A stretch of 64,000 nucleotides of DNA from Macrostomum lignano. Lineage: Eukaryota. The stretch is taken from assembly GCA_002269645.1 (NCBI GenBank), contig NIVC01003527.1:1-64000 (forward strand), given 5' to 3'. Below are positions 24,399 through 38,060 of the stretch, piece by piece. The notes under the pieces are model-generated. The model was not told the DNA's origin, did not search any database, and saw only the letters and a program-made list of their open reading frames with translations. Within the stretch, counting starts at the first letter, position 1. The number at the start of each line of letters is the position of its first letter. The position numbers and the translations under genes were made by a program.

Positions 24399-27300
24399 AT
24401 GACTAAGCTCCACGCTGCCAAAGGAGCGGCATTCTGTCTGCAAATTAATTTACAGCATTGCATATCTACGTCAGTAAATCTGATGAAGATTGCTGAGCTG
24501 TACAGGCCAGGCCTCATCCTGATCCAGGAACCCTGGATGCGCAACGGTAAGTTGCCCAACATTCCCTCTGGCTACTCTGATTTTTATGTGTGTGGCCCGG
24601 GGAACAGCCGCCCTAGAGCGGCTATCCTTGCTGCTAGCCATCTCCAGGCTTGGCTGAGGACTGATCTCTCTGATGGAGACCTTTGTGTCATCCAATCTAA
24701 TCATTTCTCTCCGCGTACGTGTCTTGTTGCCTCGGTTTATATCCCAGGCGACAGAGACCCTGCTCCTGAGAGTTTACTGCGCCTTGCGCAATACTGCGAG
24801 TCCCAGAACGCTGAGCTGTGCTTAGGGGGCGACCTCAACGCGCACCACAAGCACTGGGGCAGCAAAGATACCAACACTAGAGGAGAGGAGCTTCTGGCCC
24901 TCATCTCTAACACAAACCTCATGCTCTGCAACCGCGGCAGCACTCCTACCTTTAAAAATGGCAGATGGACCGAGGTCCTCGACGCCACACTCGTTACCCC
25001 AAGACTCTTTGACAGAGTTGAGGAGTGGAGAGTCTGGTCTGAGGAGCCCTCCCTGTCTGACCACTGCTTTATCGCCTTTAACATCGCGGACACTAAAACC
25101 CAGTCTCCGATCACTTGGAGACGCAATATCCGCAACACTGATTGGGCGGCCTACAAGGCTGCCCTTGATCTGCACCTGCAGGAACTCACGGACTTACGTC
25201 TGATTGAGACCTGCGAGGATGTGGATCATATGGCTGAGACGCTGACAGGTTGCATTATTGAAGCCTACGAAGCAGCTTGTCCTGCTCGCGCCTACAAAGG
25301 CAAGACCTTGGCGCCGTGGTGGAACCCGGAGCTGGGGAAACTCAGGCGGAAGGCCAAAAGCCTTCATCGCCGTGCCATGAAGACCGGAAACCCGGAGGAC
25401 ATGGAGCTTTTCCGGCAAGCCTCCCGCAATTTCAAATCTGAAGTGCGCAAGGCCAAGGAATGTAAGTGGCGCCAATTCTGCAATGAATTGGATCAAGACA
25501 GACCTACTTCTAGGCTTGTCAAGGCCCTTACAATGGACAAAATGTCCAAATTAGCCATGATCAAAAAAGATGATGGCTCTCTTACTAAAGACCCTGAAGA
25601 AGTGCTTCAGCATATGCTTAGCACATTCTTCCCGAGGGTACCTACTGCTAGACCGGAGCCCAACCATTCGATGGATGGAGCCACCCTAGCGGCGGGCATT
25701 GTCACTGAAGACCTAATCACTTGTGCTGTCAGAACCTTCAAACCCTTCAAATCTCCTGGACCTGATGGTATCTACCCTGTTCTCCTTCGTGAAGCAGCCA
25801 AGATACCCTCGTTCCTGAGACTCACCCGCAATCTTATGCGGGCCTCTATCCAGCTGGGATACGTTCCCAAATGCTGGACTGAAGCTCGGGTAGTCTTTAT
25901 TCCCAAACCTGGGAAGGGTGACTACCAAAGCGTCAAGGCCTTCCGGCCTATTAGCTTAACGTCAGCAATGCTTAAGCTCACTGAGAGGCTTATTCTCTGG
26001 CGGCTGCTGTCCTGCGAGCTGACAGCGATGCCCCTCAGCAATAATCAGCACGCCTTCCGTACCGGGAGGTCGACTGACAGCGCCCTGCATGCGATTGTCG
26101 AGAAGATTGAAAGGGCGGTACTGGGTGACAGTTACGCTCTGGCTCTCTTTCTTGACATTGTTGGCGCCTTCGACAACGTTATCTTTGAAGCGTTTCAGAG
26201 GGCCCTTCAAAATCGCAAAGCTCATGCTACCCTCATACGGTGGATCATGTACATGATCTCCAACCGTACGGTCACTGCCCAACTTCTTGGGCAAACTGCC
26301 TCCACCAGAGTCTGTAAGGGTGGACCCCAAGGCGGAGTCCTCACCCCGATGCTCTGGAACCTGGTCATGGACGCTCTTTTGAGTGACTCCTGACCCGACC
26401 CCGTCTTCAAAATCGGGTATGCTGATGACGTCACGGCCATTGTGGCAGGACCGTCTCCCAGCACGCTCAGGGATCTGATGCAGAGCTTTATCCGCAAAGC
26501 AGAATCCTGGGCCAATGACAATGGTCTGGAACTCTCTGAGCCCAAAACCGTTGCCATTATGTTTACCAGCAGACTACGCTGGAACATACGTCCTCTGCAG
26601 CTCTACGGCAGAGATATTGCCTTCGCGCACCAGACCAGATGTCTCGGGGTCACACTTGACCACCGGCTCAACTGGTCCTCCCACGTGAAAGCAAAAGCCA
26701 AGCATGCCTCAGCCATCCTGGCCCAGCTCCGACGAGCACTTGGCACTTCTTGGGGTCTATCCCCAAAGCAGCTTTGGTGGATCTATACTTCCGTAGTTAG
26801 ACCTGCCATTACGTACGCCTCTGTTGTTTGGGTTAGCGCTACCCAGGTCAAAAGCCATGCAGACCTGCTCAACACGATCCAAGGCAGAGCGTGTAGGCTC
26901 ATTTGCAACGCCACCAGGTCTACGCCCTTTGCTGGCATGGGGGCCTTCCTTAATCTTCCGCCTCTTGACCTCTTCATCAGGGGTGAGGCGGCTAGAACGA
27001 CGCGGCGTATAATTGATGCCGGCATCAAATTCATTTACATGAGAGCACCTGCTAAGCGGAATCTTGTCCCGCATAGCGATCTGTGCCTCAACTTTCTCAA
27101 CGAGTGTCAGGCCAATCGCGTCTTCACCGATGGCATTGCCTCAACGCTCAACCTGAGACAGCGCTATTTCGTAGCTATCGACTCGCGCGATAACATCAAT
27201 GACCATTGGAACCCTGGTGAGCTTCATTGCTACACCGACGGTTCTAAGCAGTCAGCCAACACCGGCTTTGGTGTTGGAATCTTTCTGAATGGGAGGGTCA

Positions 27301-28139
27301 TCGCTACCCACGCTCAATACACTGGGGTCAACTCCAGTGTTTTCCAAAATGAAGTTCTGGCCATCAGCTCCTGCACTGCAGAGCTTCTCGCCACTGGCGT
27401 TACTGGTAAGAACATCATTTTCCATTCGGACAGCCAAGCTGCCTTGCACGCCATCAGTGGCTGCAGCACCAACTCTGCTACAGTCCTTGACTGTATCAAA
27501 CTCCTCAATGTGTTGGGTTCCGCCAACAAAATTACCCTTAAGTGGGTTCCGGGGCATGTGGGGATCCGAGGAAATGAGTTGGCTGACACCCTTGCAAAAG
27601 TTGGTGCCTCCGGCTCCTCTCTCGGCCCCGAACCTCTTGTCCCGATTCCTGGCTGTGTCATTGACTCGCGCATCAAAGCGTGGATCAGGACTCAGCACCG
27701 CTCGACTTGGGCGAACCGCACGAACTGCAGGCAATCCAGAGGCGCTGTCCCTCAGCCCTCTCACCAGCTCCGGAAGCTCCTCTTGCGCCTCTTGCGCAGA
27801 GACATCCGGGCTGCCACCATGACCCTTTCTGGTCACGGCTGCTTCTCCAGGCACCAGTACCTGCAGGGCAACGCCACCAACGCCACCTGTAGTTTCTGCA
27901 ACTCAGGTGACGAAACTGCTGAGCATTTCGTCAGCATCTGTCCCGCCTTCACGCGGGCCAGACTCACTTACCTCGGGCCACACACATCTATTACTGAAGC
28001 GTGCAAACCCGAAAACTTTAATCAGCTCATGCGCTACCTTTGGGCCACACGCAGGGCTGAACTCTCCTTTCCAGAGAGCACCATAGCTGCTGGCGACACT
28101 GGGGGACCTCCCTGGGTGGCGCCAACCCTCCGTCCATAG
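24399..28139 (+). pseudogene. LINE ORF2: AP endonuclease - reverse transcriptase - RNase H - CCHC, with one in-frame TGA at 26391-26393
   Basis: QINLQH, IQEPW, GGDLNAHH, SDH (APE); FKSPGPDG, FRPISL, FLDIVGAFD, GPQGGVLTP, S*PDPVFKIGYADD (RT); YTDGS, QNEVLAI, SDSQAA, WVPGHVGIRGNELAD (RNase H); CSFC..ETAEHF..C. Both halves are in the same frame. Confidence 0.93.
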
Positions 28140-28235
28140 CGACGCGTTGGCCGTTCAGGGACTAGCGGAATGGGCGCCCGCGCCTTCCCGCTGTGTCCCC
28201 TCCGGGACAGCCCTGCAGCTAAGTCAAGAAATAAG

Positions 28236-29045
<810 letters not shown>

Positions 29046-29743
29046 CTCTTAGCCATGAGCTGGACTCTTTATCTGGCCTTTGAGGTAAAAGTCTGCCAAT
29101 CCCTGCTTGGAAAGCCAGTTTATGGGATGTAATACTCTCATGGTTGTTCTCATGCTTTGATCATGTCATTTTTCTGGCCAATTTGCAGCACTGAGAAGAA
29201 GTTGCATAATTTCAGCTCCACTGCAGTCTAAATCAGTCTAATATAACAACCAAGGAAATACGCATTTCTTAGGAAGCCATTTAAATTTTGGAGTACCTTT
29301 AAGACTTAAGTGAAACTTAATGTTACAACTTCAATGGTGTGACTTATATTGTATTGCATCACTTTTTTTTAATCTTTTGCTTATGGATAGATTTTATGGA
29401 TGGCTAAATGTAGCCTCTCTATGGGGGTGCAGAGAAGGCTATAAATAAAGCTATTCCAAAACACTGTACATTGTCATGTACTAGGAAAATAAATGTCAAC
29501 AAAAACATAAAATAAAATTTGTTTACTGTTTTGACCCACCTTTGGACTGTACAGTTTGTTTTGCTTAAATATATTGATGCTGAAAATCAAAGGTTAGTTG
29601 AATTTGCCCTGACAACATCTTATGTTTGACAAAATATGTTGGCTAAAAAGAAAATTTTATTTTATATTTTTGTTGACATTCATTTTCCTACTATTTATTA
29701 GATGAGCTACACTTCTATTCAACCATTGTCATGTATATTCAAC

Positions 29744-30040
29744 CATACATGAGCAACCTCCGAAATTTGGTCGGCCATGCGACTTAGTTTCAACAAAAAT
29801 GCGACGTAGTTTTGGCCAAAAATGCGACTTACATGTAAAAAAACCCTAAAGCAAAATTAACGCAACTTTGGGTAAACGGCAGGAGTAACTATGACTGTCT
29901 TATTAAGCCAAAATGCCTCGTCAGCTACTTAGTACTACTACTTGGTTATTTTTTCAGGTGGGCATTTTTGCGACTTCCTTGGTTGGCCGCCAGATCGGTC
30001 GGCCGGATCGGCCGACTCGGCCGACTGTTGCGCATGTATG
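29744..30040 (+). mobile_element. 297-bp hAT-type non-autonomous element containing a 28S-rRNA-derived segment
   Basis: TIRs CATACATG(A/C)GCAAC; 8-bp TSD TATTCAAC at 29736-29743 and 30041-30048. The 28S-like segment is at 29870-29935. Confidence 0.9.
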
Positions 30041-30149
30041 TATTCAACCCTATTGCCTGGTCCTTGGTCTAGCTCTGGGGGAATGAGTGAGTGGCACAAA
30101 CAACAGAAAAAGCAGACAAACTTCACATGCTTACAGTTTCTGTTCTAAA

Positions 30150-30730
30150 TGAGTTATAGAGTTGAAACTTTACATTTAGACAAAGAATGAGTCAATAAAG
30201 AATGGTGTCAAGTTTGAAGTCAACTGCTTTATATGGAGCAAACTTATGGCAGCCAAACGTTAGTCAATTTTGAAACCCCTTTTACATATCTAGGCCACCT
30301 AGATTGGGAAAGAGAGGCAGGCAGGCAGGTGGAGGTTGGGGCGGCTATCTCATTAACAAAAAACAGCCTAAATTTAAAAGTGCACAGCACTATTTTGAAT
30401 TAACTTTGAGACTCAAAATTTTATATAATTATGTCAAAAGGGTTGAAGATTGTCTGTGTCAAATTTAAAGAGAATCAGTAGAAGTGAAGTGGCACTTTAG
30501 AGGATTTAGTAAAAAATTGCACATTTTGAGCAGTTTTTGCACTTTTAGATTAATTAGATAGGAAGACCCAAGTTTAGGAAATTTTAAAGTAGCCTAAGAC
30601 ATTTTCCACAGTGAGTTTAGGGTGGGTACAAAATTTGGTGTAATTTGGTTAAGTGGTTTAGGAGTCCATAGCAAACAAAATTGTCTACAGAGAGACACTG
30701 AGACACAGAGTTTTCATTTTTATAGGTAGC
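30150..30730 (+). repeat. Possible non-autonomous Helitron/HINE-like repeat
   Basis: Recurring GTCAA(G/A)TTT and AAATTTGG motifs, and a 3' GAGACAC...TTTCATTTTATAGGTAG end reminiscent of HINE/Lep1 termini. Boundaries uncertain. Confidence 0.25.
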
Positions 30731-30864
30731 AATAATAGAAAGTCATTTACTTGGCAAAGTCTCTTAGATCCTACTAAAGTTTGAATCATTTAAAAGCATT
30801 AGGCCATTCATTATAACCTAATTAAAAGTAATACAAAGTGTCTTCTAACTTAGAAGGGCAACAG

Positions 30865-30962
30865 GCAAGGCCTAGTTCTAGTTTATTGTGTTAAATTATT
30901 TTGCCCTCTATTCAAGGGTAGGGGGGTTGGAATATAACGAAGTAAACTAGAACTATGCCGGG
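30865..30962. repeat. Small inverted repeat (MITE remnant)
   Basis: GGCCTAGTTCTAGTTTA pairs imperfectly with TAAACTAGAACTATGCC. Confidence 0.55.
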
Positions 30963-31081
30963 CAACAAGCCACTTAAAAGCAAAAGAAGCCACTTAATAA
31001 AAGCATTGAGAACCATGTTTTCAACCCTAGCATAGGTCCTAGGCAGGCAGCAGGCCTTGTCTAGTGAGGCCATAAAATAAT

Positions 31082-31379
31082 GGCAATGGCTAGAGTTCCA
31101 GCATTAGGACTAATTTTCCAATGGCTATAGATCTGGCAGGGCCATTATAATAGTACGAACATTATTTTTCTATAGGTGGCAGATATTGAGATTTTGTTTA
31201 GATAAGATTTAAGACCAAATGATAAGTCAAGATTTCAAATGAGATACTTCTAATGTTTAGACTTTTAAATAGATAGTCATTTTATATACTTCTATTCTAT
31301 AAGTTCTATATGGCATTGCCAGATCCATAGGCCTATCCATTAGAAAACAGGTTCTGGTGCTAGAACTCTAGCCATTGCC
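31082..31379. mobile_element. MULE-like MITE with long imperfect TIRs
   Basis: About 65-bp TIRs beginning GGCAATGGCTAGAGTTC; flanks TAAAATAAT / TAAAATAGC (7 of 9 match, possible 9-bp TSD). Confidence 0.65.
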
Positions 31380-32698
31380 TAAAATAGCATAGGTAATTTT
31401 TTTTCAAAATTACTCTATAGTCTACAGAATCATTATATTAGGGGCCTGTTATGTTTTGTTTGTCTTGATATATTGTACTACTAATACTATTAGCTTCTTT
31501 GTTGAAAACATAGGCCTAAAATAAATTTCCTTAAAACATTGATAGGCCTATATCTATAAATTATAAAATAGGCCTACAATATTTTTATTTTACATCAAAA
31601 TTATATATTGGGTAATCTACATTTTTCAATTTTCATTCTTTCAAATTTCAATTGAGAACCCAGAAAGTTAGGCATTCTTTTATTATAGAAGACCCAAAAA
31701 TGCGTGACTTTCGTAATGGAAGACGTATAGAAAAGGGGAAGAAATCAATCGAAAAATGAGCATTCACTAACAAAATGAAAGCGTAGCAAAAGTTAATTCC
31801 ACACAAAGTTGTTATACTATAATTGCAAGTGTTTATTCCACCAATCTCATACCCAGCCTATCAAACTATAATACACTAGTGCCATGAGGAGAGGTCACTG
31901 TGTATATACACTTAGAACACTGTGTATATACACTTAGTTTTAGAAAACTGCAAAATAGGAATATTGCTTGTGTGTCTCGTGAAACAAAAGTAAGAAAGAA
32001 GCAGCGAGCTATCATACGCCAATGTTACTCGAGAGACACGAGTACAAGTACGAAAGATTTAGAAACGCATGAAAGCAGCATGCACACGCATCCCCTTCAC
32101 CTTTGAAAAAGAAGACCCAACTCATTTCACCTAAGTATTTACAACACAGAGGTCTTGCATTACAAAAGTAAAAGACCTTTATGTTAAACTTTCTGCAGAA
32201 TTTCCAACAGGTAACCGACAATGAACATTGTGATCCCCTACTTTCGTTTTGGAAGACCTTTAATAGATGCTTAACATTGTCAGTTTTTTAAAAATGAAAC
32301 TGTATATATCAGACTAACTGTATATATCTATGAATGTATATATTCATAGAAATGTACCCAAGGCCGACACAGGAAAACAAATCATCTAAACCCTATGTTT
32401 CTGCAGCTTTTGTTGCTGCCACCCCTACTACCTTTATTTTGGAAGACCTTCAATGAAATAGTAGCTTGACGGTCTTCTAAAACAAAACTGTAATATAAAC
32501 TGTAATAAAGGACACACAAAGCCATTAAGAATAAACAAACAAAATAATAGACAACAATATGTGAGCAGCTTCCTATGTTTTACGCGGGTCTTCTTTTTCG
32601 AAACTGCCAGCTTCCTATTTGATACATAGAGGGTCTTCTAAAACGAAAGAATGCCAAAAGTTAAATTGCTGAAAAATAAAAAATTGGCCTAGGCCTAT

Positions 32699-33383
32699 TA
32701 GAGCTGTCAAAATTAGAGATTTTATTCGAGACGGGATTCGAGACGAGAAAGGCTTATAAGTCGAGAATTTCGAGACGAGACAAGACAAAGTAAATCTAAA
32801 AAATATATTTCAGAATTGCATCTTGTCTTGCTTTTATCTTGCCTTATCTTGTCTTAAATTTCTTGATAAGATACAATTCTAAAAAAATATTTTTTAGATT
32901 TTCCAGAATACTTTCTTAATTCTAGTTTTAATTCTTTGCTATTTATTCATAAGAATTTATGCTTGTAGCATATAGGCCCTTGGCCCTACTATGTCTATTA
33001 CTAATTTGTCAAAAGACCTGTGTAGATTATCTTCAAGTCTGCTATCATACACCTTGCTGCAGAACTGAAATGATAACTAAAAGAGCACATATGCAATGCA
33101 AACTCGTATATAACGACGTTCGTTAAATAACTGCTTGACATTGGCTAGATTTTACCATTTGAAAATTGCCCTATCAAGCGTGTTACAACAAACAGTTGTA
33201 TTTATATGAAAATTTGCTCCCCTTTTTATATTTTATCACTTAAAAGCTTTTGAAAAAAGGTATCGGAAAAATTCTTGAATCTCGTCTCGAATTTCTTGAC
33301 AAAATTCGAGATTTCTCGAGACGAGAAAAAATGTTGAGATCTTGTCTCAAATCTTGTCTCGTCGAGATCTCGTGACAGCTCTA
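32699..33383. mobile_element. hAT-type non-autonomous element (TIR TAGAGCTGTCA)
   Basis: Perfect 11-bp TIRs; 8-bp TSD AGGCCTAT at 32691-32698 and 33384-33391; subterminal CGAGA(C/T) motif clusters at both ends. Confidence 0.92.
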
Positions 33384-33399
33384 AGGCCTATGCAGGTAT

Positions 33400-33621
33400 C
33401 AGGGGTATAGGGAGCTAGGAGGGGGGATAAGGGGATCTTGTAGGGCCTATCGCCCTATCCCCCTAAAAAGCCTAACAAAAACTTTTTTGTTGCCCTTTGT
33501 TGCTATACATGCTAGGCCCCTACAATGTGACTCTGTCATAGCACTTTTACCTTGGTGTATCCCCCTGTAGAAAATTCACCTTGGTGTATCCCCCCATAGG
33601 AAATTCCTGGCTACGCCCCTG
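33400..33621. mobile_element. 222-bp hAT-type MITE (TIR CAGGGG(TA/CG)TAG)
   Basis: 8-bp TSD GCAGGTAT at 33392-33399 and 33622-33629. Confidence 0.88.
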
Positions 33622-35519
33622 GCAGGTATCATTTGAATAGGCCTAGGGACTTCAATATTTGAGGCCTGACTGTTTTGCTCTTTGTCTATTTATACAAAAA
33701 GGAAGGCCAGGCCTCTAGGCAGGCCTATACTAATACTAGGGGCTTAATAACTGATGCGACATTTGTCTATATTTAATAATCCTGAAAAATATGTTTTTTT
33801 AACGTTTGTTGTGTAATGTAGCAAAACAAACACAGACATTAGGCCCTATTTTTTATATTTTATCTCAGAAATGTAAATCTTGGTTTCAGCTAGTGTTAAA
33901 TTGCAAATAACAGATAGTAGAAACTTTGCAGCTACTCAAAAATTATTAGGGAAAAATTCTGATCTCTGATTATCGCGGTCTGCTGTCTGTTCTGAGGCTT
34001 TTCATCTTACAAATTCCAGAATCAGAATCGGTTCGGATCTTCCAAGAAAAACAGCAGTATAACTATTTAATTCTGTTGAATGTTTGACTGCCTTAACAAC
34101 CTCACTTAGCACAATTTTTCACTTACTTCTTGGCGATTGTCATTCGATAATAAAAACTTTATAGCACGTATTTCCCTCTAGTTATAGAGACAAAAAGTTA
34201 TACTTCACAAATTTGTTCTGGTTCTGGAACCAGAACAAGCAATATGAAAAGGCCCTCTGTCTGCTGTCTGCGTAGCTGATAATAATTTTCCTTCCACCAT
34301 CACCATAACCAAGCCGCGGCTGCAGCTGTAGACTGGAGACCGGTGATCGGATAAAGACAAGGGAGGGGGATGCCCCTCCTTTGCATAGACTAGGCCTATG
34401 AAAATGAAATAAATGAACATAATTGCATCCTAGACTAGGCCTGGAGTTAATAAGGATAAAGGCAGACTTCTTGACATTGTGAGTAAGGTACCGAAGAGTG
34501 AAGACGTGAAGTGAAGTGATGCTAGGCCCTACTCTACTCACTTGACTTTCTTAGAAATGAGATAAAGGGCCGATAAGGAATTTTCAAGAAATAAATAGGC
34601 CTAGTTTGTTTTGATTGCAAAGAGTAGGGCCTAGTCTAAGTATAAACTAAAAATAATTTCGTATATTTTATCATCAAAGTCCTATATTGAGATGTTTGTA
34701 AATTTTATATAATAAAACTATGAACTAGGCCTATGCAGGTCCTATTCTGTAGGACCTAGGCTAACTGGCATTGGCATGGCATAGTCTAGGCTTAATACTA
34801 GGAAGTCCAATCAGGCAAATAAATGCTAAGCCTAAAAATACTTTAACCTTATAGACTAATCTTTTCAATTTAAAAAAATTATCATTTGAATAGCAACTTA
34901 AATATTCAAAAGGCCTATCAGTTTTAAAAATTTTAAAGCACATATTGTGAGTGACACAAGTGTCAGTTAATAATAAGCTAGGCCTAATTTATGGAAAATA
35001 TGACAGTTTATTATTATCTTCAGAAGCTATCTAGATATTATTAATAAAAGTTTTTCTCTATGAAAACAAATTAGGCCTAGGCTAGGCTAGGGCCAATTTT
35101 TTTCTCTTTAGGCCTAGGCCTAGCTTATGCCTATATCTGTTGTTTATTTTATGTAATTGCACTGGCATTGCTAAGTTAGGCTCTATTCATTTGCAAAATA
35201 ATTATTCAAATTTTTAATTTTTTTAATTTAATTTAATTTTTAAGTTTTTTTCATTTTTAGCCCCCCCCCCATAGTCAGGAAGGTGGCAAGTGCACGCGGG
35301 AATCAATTTATGGAAAAATCCTTAGTGCACGCCATACATGCGCAACTGCTGGCCGACCTGGCTGATCTGGCCACCGTAAATCGTGGCTGACTAGGGGTAA
35401 GTCGCAAAATTGAGTCAACCAAAAACAGAAAAACACAAGAACCAAGAAGGGCAAGAGGAAAGCGAAAGAAAGAGCAGTTCAGGGAAAATGGTGAAGCAAA
35501 AGAAAAACAATTCGCAAAA

Positions 35520-37120
<1,601 letters not shown>

Positions 37121-37284
37121 TCGCAATAAGAGGGAAGTAAGTCACAATCAGAGGCAATCAGGGGGTAGTAGGTGCAAGTGTGGCAGGAGAGCAAAAACAG
37201 AATAGAAGCCTTCAACCACAGACAAGATCTTTGAAATCAGAAGCCTGCGTCAACAGTTTCCCATTGATTTCTTAAACTCTGGAG

Positions 37285-37340
37285 CAGGGGTTGGCAAACT
37301 CCGGCTCGCGAAGCCCCTCTATCTGGCCCTCGCCCCTCGA
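37285..37340 (+). mobile_element. Charlie-type hAT terminal fragment
   Basis: CAGGGGTTGGCAAACTCCGGCTCGCG resembles Charlie-type hAT termini; no partner end seen. Confidence 0.4.
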
Positions 37341-37374
37341 GTTCTTTGAAACTTCCTAACTACGAGTAGCAAGG

Positions 37375-38060
37375 TTGGTGTCTCTTCAACTCTCATCTCT
37401 CTCTTCTTCTCTACCTTGCCTCCCCTCTTCTCTCTCTCCCCCTTTTCCCTCTTCTCTCTCCTCTCATTTTTACTCTCCTCTCTTCTCCCCCTTTCTCTCT
37501 ACCCTTTCTCCTCAATGCCCTCTTCTCTCCTCTTATCTTCAGCAAAAATATGTGCATATTTTCTTACTTCAAAGTAGAGGGAATAGAAGATTAGAGATAA
37601 GCAAACAGAGGAGAGGCGAGCGATGCGATGGGAGAAAAGATAGAAGAGGAGAGAAAAGCTGAGGGAGGAAAAAGAGATGAGAGAGAAGAGGAGATTAGAG
37701 GAAAGAGGAAAGAAAAGATGATGGATGAGATCAGAAGAGAGGAAAGAGGAAAGAGGAGAGAGTAGATGAGAGAAGAGAGGATAAAGAGGAGATGAGAGGA
37801 GAGTGAAGAGAGGAGAGATGAGAGAGTAGAAAAGAGAGGAGAGATAAGATGAGAGAGTAGAGTGGAGAGAGACGAGAGGGAAGATAAGATGAGAGAGTAG
37901 AGTGGAATGGAGAGAGACGAGAGGAGAGATAAGAATGTAGAGAGGAGACAGAAGAGATAGGAGAGGAGAGGAAAGAGAGGAGCAAGGAGAGGAAAGAGAA
38001 AGGGATAAGGGATGAGAGAGAAAAGAAAAAGAGGATGAGAAGATTGAGGAATGGAGAGAA
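37375..38060. repeat. CT-rich then GA-rich low-complexity tract
   Basis: Direct inspection. Confidence 0.9.

Larger units (their letters stand above)
22334..28235 (+). mobile_element. Full-length non-LTR retrotransposon (Loa/R1-group-like LINE with RNase H)
   Basis: 11-bp TSD TCTCCTCTTGT at 22323-22333 and 28236-28246, a long 5' UTR, ORF1, ORF2 and a short TAAG-type 3' end. Inserted in a CT-rich tract. Confidence 0.93.

Noticed and set aside
22968-27892. Short antisense and alternate-frame ORFs within the LINE
   Set aside because: Expected shadows of a GC-rich coding sequence; no recognisable motifs.
29870-29935. Functional 28S rRNA gene or intact R2 target
   Set aside because: Only about 70 nt, diverged, helix-69 pairing broken and the TTAAGGTAGC site altered; reported as a transposon-borne fragment instead.
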